64,000 nt of DNA from NCBI RefSeq assembly GCF_001194135.2, contig NC_068982.1, forward strand, positions 139,795,260-139,859,259, read 5' to 3'. Position 1 is the first letter of the stretch, and every line of letters begins with the position of its first letter. This document shows positions 13,850 to 26,436 of the stretch, one piece after another. This DNA is from Octopus bimaculoides. Taxonomy: Eukaryota. The translations under genes were made by a program, and so were the position numbers. The notes beneath the pieces were generated by a model, which ran no database searches, was not told where the DNA came from, and was given only the letters and a program-made list of their open reading frames with translations.

Positions 13850-14140
13850 AAGCCTAGCCACGCTCATGGGCTCGGTTTCCCAGTTTCTATGACGTATGTG
13901 TTCCCCTGCAGATGGACGAGATGCCAGTCCATCGCAACTTTACTCAAGTATCAGGAAGAAAGAGTGAGAGAAAGTTGGGGCGAAAGCGTACAACAGGTGT
14001 TCCAACCATCCTCTGCCGGAGGCCTCGTGGAGCTTTACAGGTTTTCGTTCAATAAACACACACAACGATTAGTCTGGGAATCGAAACCGCGATCCTTCGA
14101 CCGTTTTCCGCTGCCCTAACGTCTGGACCATTGCGCCTCC
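13850..14140 (-). mobile_element. tRNA-headed SINE family D with tail Y
   Basis: Reverse complement begins GGAGGCGCAATGGTCCAGACGTTAGGGCAGCGG...GGTTTCGATTCCCAGAC (A and B boxes). Tail GCGATGGACTGGCATCTCGTCC...GAAACCGAGCCCATGAG is shared with 59738. Confidence 0.85.
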
Positions 14141-15939
14141 ACAAGTTTTGCACTGGTTTGCTATTATGCACTGGTGTATACAGGTTTCGATTATGCCGAA
14201 GAAAGGTATAGGATCGATTATTCATCGCAGAAAATTTCCAAACAAATGGAAGGGTAAAGTAAATCTAGAGTAGTATATATGAAATATTTTGTATACGTAT
14301 TTTGAAAAAAATATTTGGTGGGGTTCTGCCACACATTAAAGTAATTTTAAAATCCGTTGATAGCTAAGAGATATCTTATACAAAACTAATATTGGACTTA
14401 TACTCTTGTCTCGAAACCATGAAAACCTGTAACAATTATCTCATTACTAGAACTAAATTTAAAACATGACAATATCGAAATTAATCCTGAGAGATCGTAT
14501 AGCATTTCGTTCTAATTTTCTAAATGTGGTTCAATGAAATTCTATATTACTTGAGAAGTGTAAAAAGGAGTTAAAATTTGATTTATATTATGAACAAATA
14601 ATTACTACGTGTTGGGTTTTCAACTACAAAAAGATAATCACATAGTCCATATTTTGTAACCAAGTTGACTTATTACAGACTTTATTCAGAATTATGAAGA
14701 ACGAAAAGCAGCAGCAACTATTTGGAAATAATTTTAAAGTTTTAATGACATTGGCGAGACAAAGCATAAAGTTGTTTTTGCATTTTTCAATATTCTTTAA
14801 AAATTAATTACATGTTGCTTCATATTTCCTTTCTAATATAGAAACAAAGACATATAAAATATATATTTATGACCAAAATATTGATTGTTCCATGAAATAG
14901 ATAAAATATGTTAATAATTAGTGAAATATTACAAGTGTTAATTATGTTGCCAGGATGTTTTTTTTTTAATATGCTTACGAATATATCAGAAATACAGTGT
15001 CGAAAACGCATATCTAATGAGTGGATAAATCGATAGGAATTTGACAATAAAAGTCAGTATTATATATGTTTCTAATTGCCATTGCAATATCAAAAGAATA
15101 TTATAATATAGATTCTAAACTGTAGAACATCGAGCATAACATAAGAAATAATTATTGGAAATAAACATTTCGCCGTTGTAGACTGAACGACAGAAACAGA
15201 AGGTGATATTCAAACCATATGCCTTCGAAACTAAACAGCCATATCACAAAGAACAGTGGACACAATAAAATATGTTTTATAGAACACCGTTAACGGTGTC
15301 CACGAAATACACGTATGCGTTGCCCTATTTATTTCTCCTCCGTGCAAGCAATAAAAATTCTGCTATGACCTTACCTCCCAATGTTGCATGAATAGGAATC
15401 TATAAAATGTATAAAAGTTCTTGTTTTATATATATGTCTCTTCTAATTAACGTTCACAATAATTTTTCTTTCGTCTTGGCACAACAGCCCTCACCGTTTG
15501 TTTAATACTGTCGTGTTTGTACATGTTTTTACTGTTTTTATTGTTTTTACTGTCTTCTTCTCACTCTCCTGTGCTTGTTAACACTTTCACCCTCCGCAAA
15601 AAATTCCAAATTTTATTTAATTCGCTTTGCGGGAAGGACTGTTCCAACGAAGTCGCGTATTGTCCTTACTTTCGAAACGCGGAGTAGATGGGCAGGGACA
15701 TCTGAGGAAAGGATATACTTTTTATGTTGCATGTCTCGTTTCTCTGTTTGTTCTTTTTCGTTTTTCGAAAAAAGTTCGTTTTCTGTTTTCGTTATTCGTT
15801 TCTCATTGTGTTAAACGTTTTTTTTTAATGTCCTGTACCCATTTATGCATGTATGTATACATATAGATGTAGGTATGCACATATACGTGTGGATATATGC
15901 ATATATCTATATCGATCTATCTATATCGATCTATATGTC

Positions 15940-15983
15940 TATCTATCTATCTATCTATCTATCTATGTATGTATGTATGTATG

Positions 15984-16046
<63 letters not shown>

Positions 16047-16249
16047 ATNNNNNNNNNNNNNNNNNNNNNNNNNNNNNNNNNNNNNNNNNNNNNNNNNNNN
16101 NNNNNNNNNNNNNNNNNNNNNNNNNNNNNNNNNNNNNNNNNNNNNNNNNNNNNNNNNNNNNNNNNNNNNNNNNNNNNNNNNNNNNNNNNNNNNNNNNNNN
16201 NNNNNNNNNNNNNNNNNNNNNNNNNNNNNNNTATATATATATCTATATC

Positions 16250-16281
<32 letters not shown>

Positions 16282-16282
16282 T
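15940..16282. repeat. (ATCT)n/(ATGT)n/(TA)n microsatellite with gap
   Basis: Direct reading; N run at 16049-16231. Confidence 0.95.
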
Positions 16283-17558
16283 AGTTTCTTTTCAGCTATA
16301 GATAGGATCAACAAAATCTGTACTATAGAGATGAATATCAGTACTTAGATACGAGTTATTAGTAGTTTCATGCTGTGGAATCCCAATAAACCGGCAGATC
16401 TATACATCGTTTCACGTGCTTCCAAGCAATGCGTCAGGTTGAAATATACAATATACAAGAAGAAACAAACGATGAGAAAGAAGGCTGGGCTATGTGAAAA
16501 TGTGAGGAAGGAAGAGAGAAAGGAAAAAGTAAAAAGTGGAATGAGAAAAAGTCGAACGGGAAAATAAAGTGTGAAATGGTATAAAGAAACAAAAAAAAAA
16601 AATGACATTCTCAGTCGAAACTGTCCTATGGATTTTATATGAACATGAAATTTTGTTTATAGCTTCAGTAAGTATTATACGCTGAAACGTATTCCTGTCT
16701 AAAAAAACAATTACTAATTTATGGGGTGCACGCAGAACAACGCGTGTCTATGCAATTACATAACTTATTCAGTAAAAGCAGATTCGAACGTGAATATCTG
16801 GTCGCTTTTGTTGTTCGTCAACGAAGACGACTCCTTTAACTCGTGTAAAAATCGACAGGTTGAAAGTGCAACGTTGTCGTAATGACTACGAGTCGTAAAC
16901 AATTCTTCAATATATATCTATTGTTTCTTTAGAAGGAAATACCAGATGTGACAATCCCTTAGAAAAAAAAAAAAACGAAAATAAGAAAATTAGATGTCAT
17001 TGCATTATATGTTGTGTGTGTGTTTGCGTTTAGTATTCTTTTAGATAAAGAGGGAATTTCTTCGTACATTCGTGAGCGTTGATATATTGAAGCAGTCAAC
17101 TAGTGTTATCCTACATATGTTTTCTGAAAGACAGGTTGTCGAAGAGAATTAGTCGAAATCATTCACGTGGCAAAAGTTCTGTTGGCCTTTAGTGCAGTAT
17201 CAGTCAGAGAAAGAATTTCGTTCGAATTTACGCTTCGCCGTTCATGACATTTCTCGGCCTCTATTTTCTTTACTTGTTAATTATATTTCGTCACCCGGGC
17301 CTCTCACGGTGCCTGATCCTCATCTCGCTGCTTATTGACAGTTTGATCAGTTCAAGTCTGGATTGATCAGTATCGATCTGGTACACTCGTTCGAATCTGC
17401 TAGAAAGTAATACGAATGAACGGATACTGTGATGTTTATGTAAAATATTTTGTTACACTTGTATTTTTATTATACTTTGTTATACTTTACTACTGTTATA
17501 TTTCTATACACACACAACACACACACACACACACACACATATATACGTATTTATATGA

Positions 17559-17895
17559 AGGCGCATGGCTCAGTGGTTAGAACGTCGAGCTTACCATAGT
17601 GAGATCGTGAATTCGATTCCCTGACCGGGCTGTGTTTTGTTCTTGAGCAAGACATTTTATTTCCCGTTGCTCCAGTTAATTAAGCTGTAGAAATGAGTTG
17701 TGACATCACTGGTGCCAAGCTGTATCGGCCCCTTTGCCTTTCCCTTGGATATCATCAGTGGTGTGGAGAGGAGAGGCTTGTATGCATGGGTGACTGCTGG
17801 CCTTCCACAAACAACCTTGCTCGGACTTGTGCCGTGGAGGGTAACTTTCTAGATGCAGTCCCACGGTCATTCATAACCGAAGAGGGGTGTCTCCT
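17559..17895 (+). mobile_element. tRNA-headed SINE family C with tail Z
   Basis: GGCGCATGGCTCAGTGGTTAGAACG...GAATTCGATTCCC head, then TTGAGCAAGACATTTTATTTCCCGTTGCTCCAG body shared with 45725; the 3' tail differs from that copy. Confidence 0.85.
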
Positions 17896-18790
17896 CATCT
17901 GTATCCATGTATGTATGCACGATGCGGTGTGGCGCTCACATTAGTGGCAGCCGTACAAAAGAATGTAAGCATCCCTTCCATCCGTAGACTGGGATGGCAC
18001 CCTGGCAAGTGCTTGTGACATCTTAGCCTCCCATGCCAGGTATAGAGCGAAGACGTCAGCAACAGTGGGTTGTATAATTGACAAGTATCCTAGATCAACG
18101 ACTTGCAGGTTATTAAGTTCAAGCGGTAAATAAATACCATGAAACAACTGTTGGGCGTTAATTATCAAGTGAGCTGCTACCGCGTGTTCCGGCTCCTCGA
18201 CGACCATGCTCATTGCATTTTTGTGGACCGGTTGATATTTTCCCTGGTGGTATAGAGAGGCAATCTTGTAGGAGCGTGACACCTACTACCTTATTCGTTT
18301 TCGAAAGGTCTTTCGTTCAAAGAACTCTGAACAGAACTGTGAAGACAATATATACACGAACGTGTGATTGTAATACACACATGTGCGTGCGCGTGTACGT
18401 GGTTTTAAGATAACACGTCGAAAAGCTCCTTCCCAGTTCTGTTAGTAATTAAACACATGCAACACTAAAGCACATACAATTTATTTCAACATTATCTTAA
18501 CACCAAGCAAACAATCAGTTACAATCGTAAAACTGTTACTTTTAGAATTATGATTTTGAAAATGCGAACATAAACAGCTGCTGAATGTGTAAAAGTTTAC
18601 GCTGATTTAAAGAGTAAAGATGTCGTTGATATAAAAAATATCAAAATGCGGAATCAGATCAAATGTCCGATAATTTTCGAATCGGAAGTGGTACGGTTAT
18701 AATGTCTCAATTCATATGTATACAAAAAGTGTTAACGTACGGGAATACTTTGTGAGACATAACACTGATAATAACAATACTTTCTACTAT

Positions 18791-18942
18791 AGGCGCATGA
18801 GTGACTATGTAGTAAGTAGTTTGCTTACCAACCACATGTTTCTGGGTACAGTCCCAGTGCGCGGCACCTTGGGCAAGTCTCTTCTACTATACCCTCGGGC
18901 TGGCCAAAGTCTTGTGAGTGGATTCGGTAAACGGAAACTGAA

Positions 18943-19022
<80 letters not shown>

Positions 19023-19177
19023 ATCTGTGTCCCCCCAGCATCGCTTGGCAACTGATGCTGGTGTGTTTACGTCCCCGTAACCTAGCGGTTCGACAAAAGA
19101 GACCGATAGAATAAGTACTAAGCTTACAAAGAATAAGTCCTGGGTCCTGGGTCAACTGACTGAAACAAGTAAAAAAG
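18791..19177 (+). mobile_element. tRNA-headed SINE family A (CORE-like), near full length, with internal (TG)(AG)(TG) microsatellite
   Basis: GGCGCATGAGTG...GTAAGTAGTTTGCTTACCAACCACATG head, GGCACCTTGGGCAAGT CORE-like block, ...GACTGAAACAAGTAAAA tail. Confidence 0.9.
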
Positions 19178-19204
19178 TATAGGCACAAAGCTTATAATCT
19201 GTGC

Positions 19205-19378
19205 GGAGAGGGAAACCTGATTACATTGAACGCAGTACTCAACTCGTACTTATTTCATCGACCCCGAAACGATGAACGGCAAAGTTGATCTCGAGGGAAT
19301 TTGAACTCAGCACGTATCGGCAGACGAAATACCGTTAAACATTTCACACTGCGTTGCTAACAAGTCTGCCAGCTCGTT
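19205..19378 (-). mobile_element. tRNA-headed SINE family B
   Basis: Matches reverse complement of family B (CGAGCTGGCAG...TGAGTTCAAATT...GCCGTTCATCGTTTCGGGGTCGAT). Confidence 0.8.
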
Positions 19379-20224
19379 TTCTTAACACTGATTATAACAA
19401 TATTAACGTTAAAGAGCTCTAAATATATACTAATATAATATTCCAAAAGATAATAATGCATTAATTTCTGAAATATCACAAATTAAATGCAATGAGATGT
19501 ATATAAATTTTATAAAACAAAATGCAACAGGAGCAAGTTTCAAACAAAATAAGAAATGCTTTTTATAATTCTAAAATTTTATTTCTTTTGATGCTCGAAA
19601 TTGAGAAGCATGCTCTGGAACCTAAGAAGTGCAAAATCGAGTACAGATTGCAAACTAGAATTAATAATAATTAATTTATAAGGATTTGGATTAAAAAAAA
19701 AGATACTGTGAGAAATAATCAATAATTTACAATTTTACTCATTGCAAGGAGTAAAATGGAAAATAAGAAATTAGCTATGAAAATGTTAACAACAACAATA
19801 ACAATAAAAAAACTAAATATCTCAATTATAATCATAATAATCATCTTCATTTCCCATCATTATAAACAACCTGAAAAAGTGACAAATCAGCCAACAGCAT
19901 TAAGAAACTTACGAAGCACATAAAAAATGTATCCGCATACATTAATGACAATGCGGTACACATTTCAGGAAAGCAAATATGAAGTTGGCGGTGATACAGG
20001 ATGCTGGAAGAAAATGTTGAAGACTTGTTACATTAAAAGAAACTTCAACAAGCAATAACATTAACAATCCTAAAAATTAATTTTTCTCATTTAGGAACAG
20101 CCACATTTGTTTTACCGGGAGTGGGATATTCATTAGGATCGAAGCCATAACTTGACTGGCAATTTGATCGGGATTTCTACTCAGAATGTAAAGAGCTGGA
20201 AGTACACCATGAATAATAATAAGA

Positions 20225-20400
20225 ATAATTATTTCTGCTTTAGTTAGAGGATAGTCGATTGTAATTCAGCACAGTCCAGAACAGGCACTTATCTCCTCGA
20301 CCCGGAAAGAAACGAAAGGAAGATCAATTTCAGCTGAATTTGAACTCAGAACGAAAGGGTGGACGAGATGCTGTTAAGTATTTTGCTCGACTCACCAACT
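20225..20400 (-). mobile_element. Decayed SINE family B
   Basis: cgacccggaaag...gaatttgaactcagaacgaaagggtggacgagatgctgttaagtattttgc matches family B with many substitutions. Confidence 0.6.
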
Positions 20401-20448
20401 TCAAGATGATGGTTATGAGGATTATGATGATGATGGTGATGAAGCAGA

Positions 20449-20620
20449 TAGTGTACCCTTATCAAACGGGTAGTCATGCTGGGCCTAGTATATCTTAATC
20501 CAGTGTCACCTTGATGGCCTGCACTGCTCTCTCACTCAATAACAACAACAAAAACAATATCATCATCAACAACAACAACAACACCAACAAAAACAATAAT
20601 AATACTAATAATAATGATAA
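20449..20620 (+). mobile_element. Retroposon 3' end with (AAC/AAT)n tail
   Basis: gtacccttatcaaacgggtagtcatg...cactgctctctcactcaata followed by an AAC/AAT tail; I recognise it as an octopus interspersed repeat end but cannot name it. Confidence 0.45.
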
Positions 20621-20639
20621 TATATATAAAATAAATTAG

Positions 20640-20830
20640 AATAGAATGCCAGGTAGAACTGTTACAAAAACGTTTGCCTCTTAGGCACGGCTAGAATAAT
20701 GAGGAAAGTATTAGATACCTGAAAAGAATGGATAGCATGGTACCGTAAGCTGCAGGTACAAAGCCCGCTACGCATGCAAGAATCCAGAAACACCAACAGA
20801 ATTTGTGATAAAGAGAAATAATAATAACAG
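20640..20830 (+). mobile_element. R4/Dong-like LINE 3' end
   Basis: Frameshifted VELLQK..L.GTARIMRKVLDT* (C-terminus of RLE-type non-LTR elements), a short 3' UTR and an AATAATAAT tail. Confidence 0.7.
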
Positions 20831-20854
20831 AAATTGGAGGCCACCACCCTAGTG

Positions 20855-21170
20855 CAGGAGTAGCAAGAACGTATACATCTAGAAAGGAAGGTGAAAAAGG
20901 GTTATTATCAGCGGAAGACTGCGGGGAGTAGGTGTAAACTCCGATGTAGGTAATGGTGAAGAAAGTTTATTAAAAGCGCCCAGAATCACAGAAAGACGTA
21001 GGGAAACCAAAATCACCAACAAATTTTAAACCAGATAAAAGAACAGAAATTATCTGACTCGCAGAAAAAGGCATTGCATGGGAGATGTTGCCACCGGTGT
21101 ATCATATTAGGAGACATTATAAGTGCTGTTTACATTTAATGTGGGAAGTTACACAAAAAAATCAGCAGAA
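20855..21170 (+). mobile_element. R4/Dong-like LINE internal fragment
   Basis: ARTYTSRKEGEKGLLSAEDC resembles the RLY.PRKEGGRGL..VEDC motif downstream of RT in R4-clade elements. Confidence 0.6.
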
Positions 21171-21527
21171 AAGGGAGGAGTAAAAATATACTTAGTATAT
21201 AAAATATAAGACATTTATGATGCAGTCCTCCTGGTACAGAACCAGTTCTACTTTCAGTCAATCAATAACTCACTGACCCAGGATCACTCTCGGTCACTGC
21301 AAACATTTTGCCACTAATTGTAGTTTCTAACTTAGGTAAAAAGGCAGAAATCTGGCAAAAAGGGGTTTATTAATAACCAGTAACTAAATAACATAAAAGC
21401 ACGAGGGAAGATGTATCTCAACTTGCTGAAGCACCAAGGAATTTTGTTAAGATATCTGGTGTGTGAATATTCAACAGAACAATTAAAGACAAAGTGTACT
21501 ATATTTTAAAATGAAATGGGATATATG

Positions 21528-21713
21528 CGGGACCAGCCCTAGTGTTGCTGGCACCTTGGGTAAGCTGAACGACGATGCCCTTACAAGTATAATTTATTAA
21601 AACCATCATAAGCGAAAATCTGAAAATGTTGACTAAAAATCACTTGACGGCAGGAGTGATTGCCCGAGTTGCCGGTATCTTGAGCCGTCCCTGGAAATAT
21701 GAGAAGACAAGAG
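21528..21713. mobile_element. hAT-like MITE remnant
   Basis: Ends gggaccagccctag ... gagccgtccctgg resemble CAGGGCCGGC...GCCGGCCCTG-type inverted termini; the match is imperfect. Confidence 0.4.
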
Positions 21714-21929
21714 ATTATAAATGTTACAGAAGAAAAAGTATCTTGAAACACACATAAAATGATACGGAATTTGAATGTATCTAGTTCCAGCGGTTTTCAG
21801 TGAATCTGCATAAAAATCTCATAATTATGTTCAAAGATGTTCAATAGTTTCTCATTGAATTGTGATGAAAATAGAACACATTTGTCAACAAACAAATGTT
21901 GATAGTAAAGGGTAAATAAATAAGAAGTG

Positions 21930-23290
21930 AGCAATTATAGTATACATCCTAGAGATGGAGAAGCTATTAGGAGAAGAGCGGAGCGGAAATAATTCATTTC
22001 GAGATATCATTAGTCGGACAGGCATATTTCAGGAAGATCCGCTCTTCGCATTATTTCTGTGATTATGTTGATTACTTTAACACCAATAGTGAACAAGCCC
22101 ACATATGATTATGAGCATTCTAAGATTAGGTAGCAAATGAAATATCTGCTCTATACCCGGAATCTCCAGTTAAAATAGTAAAGATATTGAGTACAATATT
22201 GGGATGGGATTCGGGATAGATAACTGTGCAGTATTAATTATGAAGAAATATCGAATGATTAAATCTTATGAGTGAAGATATCACCTGCTGATATCATTGA
22301 TTAAGTGAAAAGGAACGATGTACCGATGGGTACCACAGGATAAGAACTTAATGGAAAAGAGAAACTCGCCAAAAATAGAAATGTTAGAAAGATGCCAAAT
22401 GCATTCCATGTCCTTAAGGAATTCTATGTTTTACTTCACTAGACTTGAGATACTGTGATAATTTTAAAAGTGGGAAGCAGAGTGCTACTGGAATAGTATA
22501 GAAGTATTCGGACGTTGCGCAGTGTATCACCCATACCAACCTAAATATATGACATCGGTAATAGAAGTGGACGAGTAAATTGCAAGAGTTTCGCTGGCGA
22601 CGATTTGACATGGCTCACGTGATGTGCAGCCTCTTTTCTTCGTAGTAAGATTTGCTGTTGGATGCAAACACCCACATAGACAGACTTGCACGTGGAAAGA
22701 ATGAGCGAGAGGGAGAAATGTTATGATGTACACATTGAACAGAAATGTCATAAACACCGTCCCTCTCCTCATACACATAGACAAATATGCTTACACGTAG
22801 GAAGTGAGAGAGAAGGGAGAAGGAGAGAGAAAAAGAAACAGAGGAGAGATAGGGTGGATGAAGAGAGAGGACGAAGTGAAAAAGCAAAAGAAACATATAA
22901 AACGTTTGATGTCAAATAATTCCGCATCGAGAGTGGGCGGTACAAATCGGCTGTGCCAAAATTTCTCATATCCCATCGACAGGCCGTATTCCCAAGATGA
23001 GAAGGAATGAGAGGTTAATTAAATGTCGAAAACACACTCCGTGTTGTAAAATATCAACGTTGGAAAACTATCGTCACCAGCTAGAAATATCGGAAGAGAT
23101 ATCAAGGTGAGAGAAAAATTTCCAGAATAGGAAGAACAAAGATGGGCAAAAGTACTAATCATCTTGTAAGGAAATGCTGGAAGGAAGCACAATATGATTA
23201 ACTAAATGCATGTTAAGTTCACTAAAACAGTGCATTGGAATGTTAGTCAATTTGTGGATTTGGAGTGACGGCAAAGTAGTATAAACAGTT
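21930..23290 (+). mobile_element. R4/Dong-like LINE RT and downstream remnants (interrupted)
   Basis: GIFQEDPLFAL, IGMGFGIDNCAVLIMKK and TVHWNVSQFVDLE correspond to GIFQGDSLSP, IGMEFGI.KCA.L.MK and VHW.LC motifs; many stops. Confidence 0.65.
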
Positions 23291-23557
23291 TCATATTACT
23301 ATTTTGATATTGTAATTGCTCTACCCTAAGACAGCTTGAGAGGGAGGAGGTATGAATAATAATTACGGGATTTTATGAAATCTCTCCATAGAGAGGCTGT
23401 TTGTATTATTAGAGCAAGGAGTGATTGGGGAGAGGGGAAATAAGCAGTTTCAGATATTCGCAATCCTGTATGTTGAGGGGATATACAAGATGAACAAAAC
23501 AAAACAGTAAAAAATGGAGAGAGATAAAGAAAAAAGAAAAAAAACAGGAAACATCAG

Positions 23558-23667
23558 GTAGAGAGAGAGGGAGAGAGGGAGAGAGAGAGAGATAGATAGN
23601 NNNNNNNNNGAGAGAGAGAGAGAGAGAGAGTGAGAGAGAGAGAGAGAGTGAGAGAGAGAGAGAGAGA
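23558..23667. repeat. (AG)n microsatellite with small gap
   Basis: Direct reading. Confidence 0.95.
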
Positions 23668-24340
23668 ATCGGAAACAGATATGGGAAAATTCTTCCTCTG
23701 GTAATTATTGCACGCGGCTCGACGGCTAACCGTTTGTCTATGAGGTAAAATTCTATTGGTATTGAGACTCATATTTTCAGCCTGCATCTTTCCATCATTG
23801 ATTCTGCACACAATGTGAGAAAGATTCTTGAAATTTAAAGTGTTATTTTACCACCAAAGCACCTGTATAATACAGTTGGAACTAAAATAATATAATAATA
23901 GTTTTTCTTTTGCGATAATACTATTAATAATAATGCTGTAATATAGTCTTAAGACCGTTGATAATTATGGAAACAACCGATGTATGCTCTAACGAGCACT
24001 AAGTCAATGCTTATACCGTCTCTGAAACCGATCGTTAAATTAAGCTCACTGTTACTTCAACTCCTTATAAATGAGGCACAACATTGAAGCTAGAAATATT
24101 GAGTGGGATACGTAGCAGGAGGAGGGTTCGGGTAGAATAAAATACAGTTATTGTATTTAGTTAATGTTAAATACGTCTATGACCATTAAGTTTTTTTCGA
24201 TTGGATCACTGAGAATCCCCTCTTGAACTGAGTTGTTATAATTCGGTCACTTACAACTCTCTCTCTCCTACTAGGACTTTGCGTCAAGTATCAGCCCCAC
24301 AAGTTGAATGTGTTGGTCCTTCTGGCCGAATAAAATATTT

Positions 24341-24515
24341 AAAAAAAATTTGACGGATATTTGTCCTCAACTTGTTTGTTGTTAGCACAACCTTTCGGCT
24401 GATCTACCCGCTAGCCTTCACCAGGTGTCTTGGGTAAATTTCTAAGGTATTTTTTTCGAACTCGGAATCTTGATGTTAGTAGCCCGCGCTCTTAACCACT
24501 AGGCCATATACCTGT
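24341..24515 (-). mobile_element. tRNA-headed short element carrying a hammerhead ribozyme motif (family E)
   Basis: Minus strand: TGGCCTAGTGGTTAAGAGCGCGGGCTACTAACATCAAGATTCCGAGTTCGA (A box plus truncated B box), about 25 nt, an HHR motif, AACAACAAACAAGTTGAGGACAAATATCCGTCAAA, then T8. Confidence 0.7.
24385..24429 (-). ncRNA. Hammerhead ribozyme motif, mutated copy
   Basis: GACAC-CTGGTGA-A-GGCT-agcgggtagatc-AGCC-GAAA-GGTT-GTGC: stems I and II present; core A6>G and a stem III change suggest inactivation. Confidence 0.6.
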
Positions 24516-24574
24516 GGCCAACTATGGAGTGAATTTTAGGGCTTATAAATCTAACATTTTTCTATCCTTCCTTA

Positions 24575-24960
24575 ATACCGGTTGCCATATCTCACTGGAC
24601 ATCTTCCCGCTTTCAGTCAAATGCACTTCATTCACTCACAGAATACTGAGGTGATAGTGATCAAATTCACGAAGTAGATGGGCCAATCGTCCACAGTGGT
24701 AGAGAGTTCGATATCTACTCTCTGACGCTCAGAATCGGACTATTCTTCACAAGCTAGGCAAGCTTTCGGTTTTATCACGGTCTCGTCTTAATTTCGATAG
24801 AGCCTTCCTCTCAAGTCGGTTATTGCACACACATTTTCATGCTTGCTTTTCTCAACGATTGTAGTTTAACCCCCATGAGTGTTTTCTTCAGTAGTTTTGA
24901 TGACAGCTCGCCAGTCCATTCACCACCTTTCTCTTGCAGCCAGGCTTGAGGTCACTCTCA
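24575..24960 (-). mobile_element. RTE-like LINE 5' end with start of the APE endonuclease
   Basis: YRTLYHCGRLAHLLREFDHYHLSIL*VNEVHLTESGKM matches the RTE APE N-terminus NVRTL...G...L.RE...Y..DILG.SEVRW.GSG. Confidence 0.75.
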
Positions 24961-25029
24961 TGGACAGAATCAAAAACTCTGAGAAAAAAAAAATCAATCT
25001 GCACAATTGCATGATATTTTGTTGGAAAT

Positions 25030-25230
25030 AAGTGCGAGACAGGCAAGAATAGGAAAATGCAACACAGCTATGTAATGTATACTACTCGGGGGATGACGGG
25101 AGAGAGGGAAAACCAAGAAGACGTGGCCAGCCTCATTCAAATATCCAAAGCACCTTGGAAAAACCTGGCAACTACGCTGAAAACTGATTATTTGAGACGT
25201 TTTTGTACCCGATGTAGAGGCCAACTGTAA
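25030..25230 (+). mobile_element. Possible RTE-like LINE 3' fragment
   Basis: G*RERGKPRRR resembles the G.R.RGRP..RW motif near the RTE ORF end. Confidence 0.35.
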
Positions 25231-25321
25231 GACAGAAACTTAGCCCATGCCTACAGCCGTAGCTAAATGGGAATGTTTTCTCGGAATTTGCAACATACAA
25301 GCTAACATCTCATACACATCT

Positions 25322-25550
25322 TATTTTATTTCTTTATTGCCTACAAGGGGTTGGGGACAAACAAGGACAGACAAAAGGATTCAGTCGATGTAATCGACAT
25401 CAGTGCGAAACTGGTACTTAATGTATCGACCCCGAAAGGATGAAAGGCAAAGTCGACCTCGGCGAAATTTGAACTCAGAACGTAACGGCAGATGAAATAC
25501 CGCTAAGCATTTCGCCCGGCGTGCTAACGATTCTGCCAGCTCGCCACCTT
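25322..25550 (-). mobile_element. tRNA-headed SINE family B, full monomer
   Basis: Close reverse-complement match to 56515-56750: GGCGAGCTGGCAGAATCGTTAGCACGCCGGGCGAAATGCTTAGCGG...GACTTTGCCTTTCATCCTTTCGGGGTCGAT. The central block resembles Meta/Sauria-type SINE domains. Confidence 0.92.
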
Positions 25551-26436
25551 ATACACAACTTANNNNNNNNNNNNNNNNNNNNNNNNNNNNNNNNNNNNNN
25601 NNNNNNNNNNNNNNNNNNNNNNNNNNNNNNNNNNNNNNNNNNNNNNNNNNNNNNNNNNNNNNNNNNNNNNNNNNNNNNNNNNNNNNNNNNNNNNNNNNNN
25701 NNNNNNNNNNNNNNNNNNNNNNNNNNGTCTACTATTGAATGTAAATACTTCAATGAGAACTCTAAACTCTTATATTCTTCACCAAATCGGTATTTCTGAC
25801 TATGAATGGTTCTAAATTTACGGTTTCATTATGTGGTATAACTGGCTGATGTACAACTATTTACAAAGAGCACTGTTCCAAAGTAGGAGCCACTAAACAA
25901 AGTTCATGAATTCTGTTGTGAAATTCAAGTGAGTATGAGACAAGACTAATATGTCAAATATACTCCAATAAGAGGTAGACTAATGGAAATTGACAATATT
26001 AAATTATATTCATAAACTGAAATCGAATAATTAAATAGGAACCAGCCATACGCAAATATTTGAGATGTTGCAACGGATCTGACTCGACAGATATATCGAA
26101 AAGGGAAAATAAGAAACAGACCATAGTTGATTTTGATTAATTTTGAACGCAGAAATTACTGCTATGAATATTATAAGAGTTTAGCAATCCCAGTAATAAA
26201 ATATAGTTTTAATATAATAAATGGGATGTTTAAGAGCTTAGACTAGATAATCATAAATACAAATCTAGCAATGAAATATGAAACCAGCATGCAAACATAC
26301 ATACGCATACATACATATTTCGGCAAGAAATCTTGAAACAGAACTGAATAATGACGCACACGTGACTCCCACCACTCGGCAGCATCCAATCTAAGGAGAC
26401 ATTTCATAAAATAGAAATAAATATTACGTATAATTA

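Noticed and set aside
10840-17420. CpG-retaining patches (10840-11100, 15560-15800, 16720-17420) as promoters
   Set aside because: No diagnostic core promoter arrangement; CpG retention alone is not specific in invertebrate intergenic DNA.
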